Positions 1-6,318 of a DNA stretch of 20,000 nt are shown one piece after another (within the stretch, counting starts at the first letter, position 1; each line of letters begins with the position of its first letter). The DNA is from an uncultured virus (IMG/VR IMGVR_UViG_3300047552_002383) (Duplodnaviria > Heunggongvirae > Uroviricota > Caudoviricetes): IMG/VR virus record IMGVR_UViG_3300047552_002383. One strand, written 5' to 3'. Position numbers and translations under genes: made by a program. The notes under the pieces are model-generated. The model was given only the letters and a program-made list of their open reading frames with translations, was not told the DNA's origin and did not search any database.

Positions 1-145
1 AAAAAAAGATCAGCCTACAGGTATTTTAACAAGAGGAAAAGTTCATAAAATTTTATCTCCTGGAAAAATACATACTAGAGGTATTAAAGTAATGCTATCC
101 GATGGAAAAGTTGGAAGAGTTCAACGGATAATTAATGATGTGTAG
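1..145 (+). CDS. YwbE family (DUF2196-like) small protein, 5'-truncated by window edge
   Basis: Not in the ORF track. Frame 2 from the window start reads KKDQPTGILTRGKVHKILSPGKIHTRGIKVMLSDGKVGRVQRIINDV* (TAG at 143-145), matching the YwbE pattern KxDQxTGxLTxG...H..GIKV.L.DG.VGRV. Confidence 0.8.
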   Translation, partial: KKDQPTGILTRGKVHKILSPGKIHTRGIKVMLSDGKVGRVQRIINDV

Positions 146-800
146 TATAATTGGATCATTCGATAGTGATTATATTGTTGGTTTATATCTATTAAATAAA
201 AGTAGAGGGAATTTTAGTCATTCAATTTCATATATTGATCCAATAACTACAGATTTTAATATTATTAAACAAGATTTTGGTGAAGTTGATAATCTATATG
301 ATATTGTATCTTCACAAGAATTTAAAAATAAGTATATAGTAATGCATAATCAAGCTCCAACTGGTGGCTTGATAAAGAACGATGCTTATATACATCCGGC
401 ACATATTCAAGATAAAAATACAAATCATTATTTATATCATAATGGTATTGTTAAAACTAGAGATATGGTGCGTTTAGAACGATTACTAAATCAAAAATTC
501 GAATGGGATACGTATGCTATTTTAGCAGATATTATTGAAAATGGATTATTAGGATCTTTAAAATTTTTGGATGCTTCTTTTGCATGTTTATATATTAAAC
601 AAGGCAATGAAGTATTATTATTTAGAAATAAGAGTTCTATAATTTATTATGATGAAAATTTAACAATATCATCTCAAAAATTTGAGAATTCAATCGAACT
701 TCCACCAAATAATCTTTTCCAATTAAATTTTAATACAAAACAACTTGTAATAGTCGATTCTTTTAAAAATATTGATGATAAATATTTTTTCGCTAGTTAA
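138..800 (+). CDS. Class II (Ntn) glutamine amidotransferase, stand-alone GAT domain
   Basis: Starting at the second ATG (138) gives M-C-S-I-I-G with the N-terminal nucleophile Cys. Also has RG, HNQAPTG, HP, YHNGIV and WDT motifs typical of GATase_II. Lies in the same block as QueE and FolE. Confidence 0.8.
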   Translation: MCSIIGSFDSDYIVGLYLLNKSRGNFSHSISYIDPITTDFNIIKQDFGEVDNLYDIVSSQEFKNKYIVMHNQAPTGGLIKNDAYIHPAHIQDKNTNHYLYHNGIVKTRDMVRLERLLNQKFEWDTYAILADIIENGLLGSLKFLDASFACLYIKQGNEVLLFRNKSSIIYYDENLTISSQKFENSIELPPNNLFQLNFNTKQLVIVDSFKNIDDKYFFAS

Positions 801-814
801 TATAGATATTATAT
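801..814 (+). promoter_or_regulatory. TATAGA-TATTAT promoter-like motif upstream of ORF 842
   Basis: TATAGATATTATAT directly after the GAT stop codon; same motif as in front of the ncRNA units. Confidence 0.6.
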
Positions 815-841
815 CATTTAACCAACTTTAAAATTATCATC

Positions 842-1228
842 ATGTTAAATTTTACCGTACCTGCTTGGGTTATTATTGTAGTGGTAATTATTTTTGCAAT
901 TATAGATACAATAAGATCTAGACGTGCAAAATATAAACTACCATATGAATTGATGGATCGCCACACGTCAGAACTATTGGAAAAGAATTCAAAGATATAT
1001 GAAACATCTATTGAATTCTATAAAGAAATAATCAAAGGATATGAAGAACAAATGGAAATTTTACAACAAGCAACAAGAACTACAATAAATGATTCGGTAG
1101 AAATGTTGAAATTTAATGAATATATAATAAAAAAAATTATCGAAAAGGATTTTGACGAAAGTGAAATTCAAGATTTAATAGAAACTCATGAAATATTAAA
1201 AGAACAAATTTCAATGGTTTCAAAATAG
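842..1228 (+). CDS. Hypothetical membrane-anchored protein (N-terminal TM helix, helical C-terminus)
   Basis: 128 aa ORF; hydrophobic stretch VPAWVIIVVVIIFAII followed by basic RSRRAK; has its own promoter-like motif and terminator. Confidence 0.7.
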   Translation: MLNFTVPAWVIIVVVIIFAIIDTIRSRRAKYKLPYELMDRHTSELLEKNSKIYETSIEFYKEIIKGYEEQMEILQQATRTTINDSVEMLKFNEYIIKKIIEKDFDESEIQDLIETHEILKEQISMVSK

Positions 1229-1233
1229 TATGG

Positions 1234-1272
1234 AAAAGGCCTTCTAATAAAATAGAAGGCCTTTTTATTTTT
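1234..1272 (+). terminator. Rho-independent terminator
   Basis: AAAAGGCCTTCTA (1234-1246) pairs with TAGAAGGCCTTTT (1253-1265), followed by a T-rich tract. Confidence 0.85.
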
Positions 1273-1282
1273 AAAAATTATA

Positions 1283-1298
1283 TATAGATATTATATAA
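1283..1298 (+). promoter_or_regulatory. Promoter-like motif of ncRNA unit 1
   Basis: TATAGATATTATATAA; -10-like TATTAT at 1289-1294; the first stem starts at about 1301. Confidence 0.7.
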
Positions 1299-1300
1299 CA

Positions 1301-1438
1301 GTCCAGTACCATAAGTTTACTGGGTTAGACCATGTGTCGACAGGTTCGACTATTCCTGTTTAAATCCAATAGTAAGTCTAGAGGGTAATAATGTTTATGG
1401 CATTACTACTCTCTAGGCGGATCTAATTTTTATTTTTT
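1301..1438 (+). ncRNA. Structured ncRNA unit 1 (paralog of unit 2), family unknown
   Basis: Stems: CCAGTA/TACTGG (1303-08/1318-23), TTAGA/TCTAA (1325-29/1422-26), GTCGA/TCGAC (1336-40/1346-50), GTCTAGAG/CTCTAGGC (1376-83/1411-18) with a long inner hairpin. Loop pairings ACAGG/CCTGT and CCATAA/TTATGG. Covaries with unit 2 and ends in a T-tract. Confidence 0.8.
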
Positions 1439-1448
1439 AAAAATTTTA

Positions 1449-1462
1449 TATAGATATAATAA
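1449..1462 (+). promoter_or_regulatory. Promoter-like motif of ncRNA unit 2
   Basis: TATAGATATAATAA, containing a consensus TATAAT at 1455-1460. Confidence 0.7.
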
Positions 1463-1466
1463 GGTA

Positions 1467-1605
1467 GCCTAGAACCGTACAATCTTCTAGGTTAGATCAA
1501 ATAGGTCGATAGGTTTTTGACTATTCCTATTAAAAAAATAGTAAGTCTAGAGATGATAATATTACGGTATTATTGTCTCTAGGCGGATCTAATTTTTTTA
1601 TTTTT
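1467..1605 (+). ncRNA. Structured ncRNA unit 2 (paralog of unit 1), family unknown
   Basis: Stems: CCTAGAA/TTCTAGG (1468-74/1485-91), TTAGATC/GATCTAA (1492-98/1586-92), GTCGA/TTGAC (1505-09/1517-21), GTCTAGAG/CTCTAGGC (1545-52/1577-84). Loop pairings ATAGG/CCTAT and CCGTA/TACGG. Ends in a T-tract. Confidence 0.8.
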
Positions 1606-1617
1606 GTAAAATTTTTA

Positions 1618-1633
1618 TATAGATATTATTATA
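1618..1633 (+). promoter_or_regulatory. Promoter-like motif of ncRNA unit 3
   Basis: TATAGATATTATTATA. Confidence 0.65.
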
Positions 1634-1851
1634 ATATAAGATATACAACTGTTTATTTTATATAGTAATGGATAGTTAGGGACCACTTCCTATGGCGATT
1701 AGCCAGAATAACTATCCTTCAAGGAATAATGTGGCGACGGTGGCGATACACCCTGGTCCGATATTGCTCTACCCAGACAAAGATCAGAGCAAAAGTAGAT
1801 TTTTATATATCCAAGCAATTGGGTATATGAAAATCTACTTGTTTTTATTTT
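1634..1851 (+). ncRNA. Structured ncRNA unit 3, family unknown
   Basis: Stems: ATATAAGATA/TATTTTATAT (1634-43/1654-63), GGATAGTTA/TAACTATCC (1670-78/1709-17) enclosing a TGGC/GCCA hairpin, long-range GGACCA/TGGTCC (1680-85/1754-59), TTGCTCT/AGAGCAA. A long terminal hairpin 1793-1840 is capped by a GCAA tetraloop, then a T-tract. Confidence 0.7.
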
Positions 1852-1856
1852 ATTTA

Positions 1857-1871
1857 TATAGATATTATATA
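1857..1871 (+). promoter_or_regulatory. Promoter-like motif of ncRNA unit 4
   Basis: TATAGATATTATATA. Confidence 0.7.
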
Positions 1872-1873
1872 GT

Positions 1874-2098
1874 ATCCAAAATGGTGGGTGGCCACTCACT
1901 ATTATAATTGGATCTGGAGGTAAGTTCGTCAACTTATAATTCCTTCAGTATCGAAGTTGACTATGTTCGGTATTATGTCTATAACTACTGGACGAAAAAA
2001 TATAGGCTTTGGATTCTCTTGTACCTCGCATGAGAGTTCGAGATAATAGAGTACACATCCAGGAGTTTTCTCCTGGGTGTGGGGCCTATTTTATTTTT
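1874..2098 (+). ncRNA. Structured ncRNA unit 4, family unknown
   Basis: ATCCAA/TTGGAT encloses AATGGTGGGT-GGCC-ACTCACTATT. Further stems: CTGGAGG/CCTTCAG, TAAGTT/AACTTA, AGTATCGAA/TTCGGTATT, and ATAGGC/GCCTAT (2002-07/2084-89) enclosing a 12-bp CACATCCAGGAG/CTCCTGGGTGTG hairpin. Ends in a T-tract. Confidence 0.7.
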
Positions 2099-2108
2099 AA
2101 TTTATTTA

Positions 2109-2124
2109 TATAGATATAATATAA
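2109..2124 (+). promoter_or_regulatory. Promoter-like motif of ncRNA unit 5
   Basis: TATAGATATAATATAA, containing TATAAT at 2115-2120. Confidence 0.7.
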
Positions 2125-2125
2125 T

Positions 2126-2256
2126 GTCGTACGTACGATTCGTTGTCTGGGACGGTCATTGTGTAAAAACGAAGTGTTACGTTTTTAAGCCCAGAGATGC
2201 GAAGGAGAATGACTAGGAGGGAGATTAACACACTCCCTCCGAAACCTTTTTATTTT
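2126..2256 (+). ncRNA. Structured ncRNA unit 5 (multiply pseudoknotted), family unknown
   Basis: Palindrome TCGTACGTACGA (2127-38); stems TCTGGG/CCCAGA, TAAAAACG/CGTTTTTA, GGAGGGAG/CTCCCTCC (2216-23/2233-40); loop-loop GTGTTA/TAACAC; GGTCATT/AATGACT. Ends in a T-tract. Confidence 0.75.
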
Positions 2257-2274
2257 GTGTTTTCAAATATTTGA

Positions 2275-2289
2275 TATAGATATTATATA
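2275..2289 (+). promoter_or_regulatory. Promoter-like motif of ncRNA unit 6
   Basis: TATAGATATTATATA. Confidence 0.7.
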
Positions 2290-2291
2290 GT

Positions 2292-2446
2292 GTTCGCCTC
2301 GAAAGTCTTCGGACCGTTAGAGAATACAATGGTAGCAATATCATTGGGCGAGGTAAATTGGCTCCCCTGGACAAGGAGTGTTCGCGCCTGCGGAATTGGT
2401 AGTGATTTCGATAGTTGAGCACCTACGGGTGTTCGGCGCCTTTTTA
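2292..2446 (+). ncRNA. Structured ncRNA unit 6, family unknown
   Basis: TTCGCC/GGCGAG (2293-98/2347-52) closes GTC-TTCG-GAC and CAATGGTA-GCAA-TATCATTG. Then GCTCC/GGAGT, and GCGCC/GGCGC enclosing GAGCACC-TACG-GGTGTTC. Three canonical tetraloops (UUCG, GCAA, UACG) in the + orientation. T-tract at 2441-2445. Confidence 0.75.
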
Positions 2447-2473
2447 CTTGTTTATTTTTTTTAATATAGATAT

Positions 2474-2986
2474 ATGTCTAATAATAAAAATTTTATAGTA
2501 TTTGATGTAGAATCGATTGGTCTTCATGGTGAAGGATTTGCCGTAGGATATATTATTATCAAAGATCTATCAATTATAAATGAAAGATTAATTGCATGTA
2601 ATCCAGAAAAAGCTAGTGGGACATTAATAAATCATACTTGGGTCAAAAATAATATTCCAATTTTCGAATATGATTGTTTAAATCCAGGTATTGTTCGTAA
2701 ACTTTTTTGGGATGATTGGGAAAAATTTAGATCTGAATTTGATGGATATTTAGTTGCAGATTGTAGTTGGCCAGTTGAAACAAATTTTTTATCTCAATGT
2801 ATTAAAGATAATGAATTTCGTGAATTTTTTGGTCCATACCCATTATTAGATTTGTCTTCTATATTAATAACTAGAGGAATAGATCCCTTAACTACTTTTG
2901 AAAGAAAAGAAAATGAACTTCCAATTCATCATCCTTTAAATGATGCTAGACAATCTGCTAGAATCCTAATTGATTTACTTAAATGA
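2474..2986 (+). CDS. DEDDh 3'-5' exonuclease (DnaQ-like; resembles the Rv2179c/DUF5051 exoribonuclease type)
   Basis: ExoI FIVFDVESIG, LLDLSS, and ExoIII HHPLNDARQSA (H-x4-D); 170 aa single domain. Confidence 0.8.
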   Translation: MSNNKNFIVFDVESIGLHGEGFAVGYIIIKDLSIINERLIACNPEKASGTLINHTWVKNNIPIFEYDCLNPGIVRKLFWDDWEKFRSEFDGYLVADCSWPVETNFLSQCIKDNEFREFFGPYPLLDLSSILITRGIDPLTTFERKENELPIHHPLNDARQSARILIDLLK

Positions 2987-3849
2987 ATTCTTTTGATTCT
3001 CTTCAGGATGAAATTAATTTTATACAAAAAATATTTCCTAAAGATTTTTATGAAAAATTCATAAATAATAATAGTTTTACTCTTAAAAAATTCGAAAATA
3101 TAATTTTTACACCTAATCTTAAAACATTATCATTCAAAAATGAAATAAAACAAATTGAATTAGAAAATCAATTATATTTATATATAAATATATTGAATAA
3201 TATACAATCTAATACATATGCAGATATGAATTTTAGCACTAATACTATAAAAATAAATAGTATTAGTTCTTTACTTTATAATATTAAAGTTTTAGTAACT
3301 GATATTAAAAATATAATTTCTGAAAAACTTCTAACTTCTTCTCATACTTTTAATATCTGGTTAGATAGTTCAAATATGAACCAACAATTATCATTTATTA
3401 GTGTGACTGGAAACAATTATAATATTCAATTAAAAGAAATAATATATAATAAAATAATAAATACTTGTAAAGAATATCCAAATTCTGCTTTTAAAACTAT
3501 ATCGAATATATTAACTCATTTCCCTATAAATTTAAAGAATGATTTTAGTTATTTCATAGAAACATGTATTTTAAATAACCCATATTTAATCAATGAAATA
3601 TATAAATCCGATACATGGTTTCATCAATTATTTGATCTACATGGTATAATTGATTATTTTCATGATTATAATTTAAAACAAATTATAAGTAAAAAAGAAT
3701 TTAAATCAGCATATAGATATTCAATTGATAAAAAAGATTTAATAAACACTTTATTATTAGAACATTTTAGTATTGATGAATTGCTTAAATTACCACATGG
3801 AACATTAACTAAGGAAAGTTGGGAAATAATAAAACTTAGAACTATATAA
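2983..3849 (+). CDS. Hypothetical protein (shares C-terminal motif with ORF 5151)
   Basis: 288 aa ORF whose start overlaps the upstream stop; Asn/Ile/Lys-rich; C-terminus PHGTLTKESWEIIKL. Confidence 0.7.
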   Translation: MNSFDSLQDEINFIQKIFPKDFYEKFINNNSFTLKKFENIIFTPNLKTLSFKNEIKQIELENQLYLYINILNNIQSNTYADMNFSTNTIKINSISSLLYNIKVLVTDIKNIISEKLLTSSHTFNIWLDSSNMNQQLSFISVTGNNYNIQLKEIIYNKIINTCKEYPNSAFKTISNILTHFPINLKNDFSYFIETCILNNPYLINEIYKSDTWFHQLFDLHGIIDYFHDYNLKQIISKKEFKSAYRYSIDKKDLINTLLLEHFSIDELLKLPHGTLTKESWEIIKLRTI

Positions 3850-3852
3850 ATC

Positions 3853-4557
3853 ATGTTTGGAAAAAATAAAATTTATTCACAAAAAGATTTTAAATATCAT
3901 AATGTTCTTTTTGTAAAAGATATTTTTCACACCATCCAAGGCGAGGGAGTTTTCAGTGGATGGCCTAGTACATTTATTAGACTAGCCCATTGTACACTTA
4001 AATGTAATTTTTGCGACACTGATTTTGAAACAGATGTTCGCCATTTAAGTATTAATGAAACATTAGAAAAAATAGAAAAAATAACTCCAGACCATACTAG
4101 ACTAATCGTTATTACAGGAGGTGAGCCTTTTCTACAACCATTATGTTCTAGATTATGTAGAGAATTATTAAATTTACACTATACTGTTCAAATTGAAACT
4201 TCTGGTTCAGTATGGTTAGATGATCTTCCCGTTACAAATACTAATTTTCATATTGTATGTTCTCCAAAAACTGGAAAATTACATCCTAAATTAGAACAAT
4301 GGATTAAAGCATATAAATATATTATTAGTTCTGATAATCACAGTGAAAATGATGGATTACCAATCATTAATCCTCAAACTAATAAGTTTATCAAATTAGC
4401 TAGACCTATTTCAAAAGGTATCCCCATTTATATTTCTCCTATGGATGAATATGATAAAGATAAAAATAAAGAGAATTTAAATACTATAAAAAATATTTCT
4501 TTAAAATATGGATACCGAATTTCTTTACAAGTTCATAAATATTTAGGTGTTGAATAA
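3853..4557 (+). CDS. queE: 7-carboxy-7-deazaguanine synthase (radical SAM)
   Basis: IFHTIQGEG, FIRLAHC, CxxxCxxC (CTLKCNFCDT), ITGGEP, IETSG, CSPK and C-terminal SLQVHKY: the full QueE signature. Confidence 0.93.
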   Translation: MFGKNKIYSQKDFKYHNVLFVKDIFHTIQGEGVFSGWPSTFIRLAHCTLKCNFCDTDFETDVRHLSINETLEKIEKITPDHTRLIVITGGEPFLQPLCSRLCRELLNLHYTVQIETSGSVWLDDLPVTNTNFHIVCSPKTGKLHPKLEQWIKAYKYIISSDNHSENDGLPIINPQTNKFIKLARPISKGIPIYISPMDEYDKDKNKENLNTIKNISLKYGYRISLQVHKYLGVE

Positions 4558-4894
4558 TAATTTTAAACGGCAAATGATTTTATCTAGTAAAAATTTTACA
4601 TTAACTAATAAAAGATTCGATGAATTATTCGAATTAGAAATACTTAAATTTCATAAAAAAGAAGGTCAAATTATAATAATATTTCCTGTAAATATGAAAT
4701 TTCCAGAGTCATTTGGAATGTCTAATTATTTTATAGATAGAATTATAGTTCATCCTAATAAAAAAATATATATTAAATCTGAAATTTTTGTTAGAGATTA
4801 TTCGAAAAAAAATACCGATAAAAATTATATTGAAATGGGTCCTTTTAAGATTTCTAGATGTAAATATGAATATATCAAATTACTCTCAAGTTAA
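4547..4894 (+). CDS. Hypothetical protein
   Basis: ORF packed in the operon behind queE; the start may be the ATG at 4574 (MILSS). Confidence 0.55.
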   Translation: MLNNNFKRQMILSSKNFTLTNKRFDELFELEILKFHKKEGQIIIIFPVNMKFPESFGMSNYFIDRIIVHPNKKIYIKSEIFVRDYSKKNTDKNYIEMGPFKISRCKYEYIKLLSS

Positions 4895-5150
4895 ATATAG
4901 AAATAAAACTCATATTTCTCCAATTTCTTTTAGCTCTACTGTTTTAAAACAGATTATAATTATATCTGAAATTGGATGGTATTTAAATGATTGTCCAGAG
5001 CCTAAAGATATATTTTTAAAAAATATATTAATAAAACTTAAAGGATTACATTGTGATATAGACGAACATCTTTTAGATGATTTAATTGAATCTAAAGACA
5101 TTATCTCTAAATTTAATAATTTTTTCAAAACACTATCCATTATGACATAA
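4866..5150 (+). CDS. Hypothetical protein
   Basis: The track ORF 4788..5150 more plausibly starts at ATG 4866 (MNISNY), which reduces overlap with the previous gene; its stop abuts the next ATG at 5151. Confidence 0.5.
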   Translation: MNISNYSQVKYRNKTHISPISFSSTVLKQIIIISEIGWYLNDCPEPKDIFLKNILIKLKGLHCDIDEHLLDDLIESKDIISKFNNFFKTLSIMT

Positions 5151-5777
5151 ATGGAATTAGACGAAGAGAAAAAATTCGTTAATAATTTATTCAATAATAA
5201 TGATATCCTACCAGATTGGGCAATTATATTCTCCTCCAATAAAGGTATTTTTAGGATTGTTCCTAATTCTTTTAATACGGTCAGTCAAATATCGACACCA
5301 ATACCACAAATATTAAATTTATTATTTATTACATATGATTTATTATTAAATAGTAATATTAGTTATCATATAAAAGAATTATATAATAAAAGGTTTTCGA
5401 CAGAATTAGAAGAAATATCTAAAAATTATGATTTTTCATTAAAAGAAATTCATAAAGATTTACAAACCGAAGAACTCTGTTTGAATTTAATAAAATTTAA
5501 TCATTTATATTATTATGATATTAAATCTGAACTGAAGAGTACGGATTTTAATATTAAATGTATGCTACAGAATAAAAAAATTCTATCAATTATAGATATA
5601 GATGAAAATATTATCATTGAAAATATTAACTATTTAGATCTATCTTATATTCGATCGCAAACCTACACAATAATTATTGAATTTTTAAATAAGCGTAAGA
5701 ATTTTATAAAATCTATTAAGCCTGGAATTTTATCTAAACATGAATGGGAATACATTAAACTCAAGTATTTTATATGA
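5151..5777 (+). CDS. Hypothetical protein (shares C-terminal motif with ORF 2983)
   Basis: 208 aa ORF with ATGA coupling to the next gene; C-terminus KPGILSKHEWEYIKL. Confidence 0.7.
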   Translation: MELDEEKKFVNNLFNNNDILPDWAIIFSSNKGIFRIVPNSFNTVSQISTPIPQILNLLFITYDLLLNSNISYHIKELYNKRFSTELEEISKNYDFSLKEIHKDLQTEELCLNLIKFNHLYYYDIKSELKSTDFNIKCMLQNKKILSIIDIDENIIIENINYLDLSYIRSQTYTIIIEFLNKRKNFIKSIKPGILSKHEWEYIKLKYFI

Positions 5778-6235
5778 ATAATAAAAGATTTTTAAATTCT
5801 ATTGATATATTATTAATGGCAGAAAATATAGCCATTCAAATACGTGAAGATTTTCCTATTGATGATGATATTAAATTAATATATGGAGTACCTCGAGGAG
5901 GGGTATCTGCATTATTCGCTATCTTAAAATATTTACCAAATTATATCATTCCTACTGATAGTATTGAAGACGCAGATATTATAATTGATGATATTATAGA
6001 TTCTGGAAGCACAAAAAATAAATGTTTAACTAAAAATCCACATGCTAAATTTTATGCATTAATAGATAAAGAAAAAAATCCAGAAGATCGTTCTTGGTAT
6101 GTTTTTTGCTGGGAAGAAAATGAACTTGCTTCTATAGAAGACGCGTTTATAAGATTAAGACAATTTTATAATATAGATATTGACGAAAAAACATTTAAAT
6201 GCTTAATTGAAGAACTTTTATTAAAATTAAAATAA
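5774..6235 (+). CDS. Type I phosphoribosyltransferase (xanthine/purine PRT-like)
   Basis: IYGVPRGG loop, PRPP-binding motif IIIDDIIDSGST, and WYVFCWE similar to the Gpt W-x-x-F-P-W-E motif. Confidence 0.8.
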   Translation: MNNKRFLNSIDILLMAENIAIQIREDFPIDDDIKLIYGVPRGGVSALFAILKYLPNYIIPTDSIEDADIIIDDIIDSGSTKNKCLTKNPHAKFYALIDKEKNPEDRSWYVFCWEENELASIEDAFIRLRQFYNIDIDEKTFKCLIEELLLKLK

Positions 6236-6258
6236 TGGTTTTGGTTTTCAAAATTTAA

Positions 6259-6272
6259 TATAGATATAAATA
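6259..6272 (+). promoter_or_regulatory. TATAGA-TATAAA promoter-like motif upstream of the acidic protein
   Basis: TATAGATATAAATA in the intergenic gap, followed by a small AACCT/AGGTT hairpin and an AAGAGG RBS before ATG 6319. Confidence 0.6.
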
Positions 6273-6318
6273 ACCTGAAATAGGTTTCTATTTCATAAAT
6301 ATAGAATAAGAGGAAAAT

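Noticed and set aside
1340..1359. tRNA T-arm (ACAGG-TTCGACTATT-CCTGT) suggesting a tRNA gene
   Set aside because: The loop is 10 nt rather than 7, GTTCGA is not kept in the paralog, and no acceptor stem, D arm or anticodon arm can be built.
1283..1610. CRISPR array or simple tandem repeat
   Set aside because: Only two diverged copies of about 165 nt, with no short identical repeats separated by unique spacers; no cas genes in the window.
1692..1932. ORFs 1692..1907 (+) and 1699..1932 (-)
   Set aside because: No RBS or recognisable protein features; they run across a terminator-like hairpin and a promoter motif; better explained by ncRNA units 3 and 4.
1283..2289. Reading the motif as an archaeal TATA box (TTTATATA)
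   Set aside because: Several copies lack TTTA, the invariant part is TATAGATA, and the spacing to the first stem fits a -10-like element. The host domain cannot be determined from this alone.
2225..2422. ORF 2225..2422 (-)
   Set aside because: Non-ATG start, antisense to ncRNA units 5 and 6, atypical composition; tetraloops indicate + strand RNA function.
1301..2446. Known ribozymes or riboswitches (hammerhead, HDV-like, preQ1, purine)
   Set aside because: No CUGANGA/GAAA core and no preQ1-I pattern with A-rich tail identified by eye; the units end in T-tracts rather than leading into ORFs. Not formally excluded without an Rfam search.
3666..5239. Antisense ORFs 3666..3854 and 4910..5239
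   Set aside because: Shadow ORFs opposite tightly packed + strand genes.
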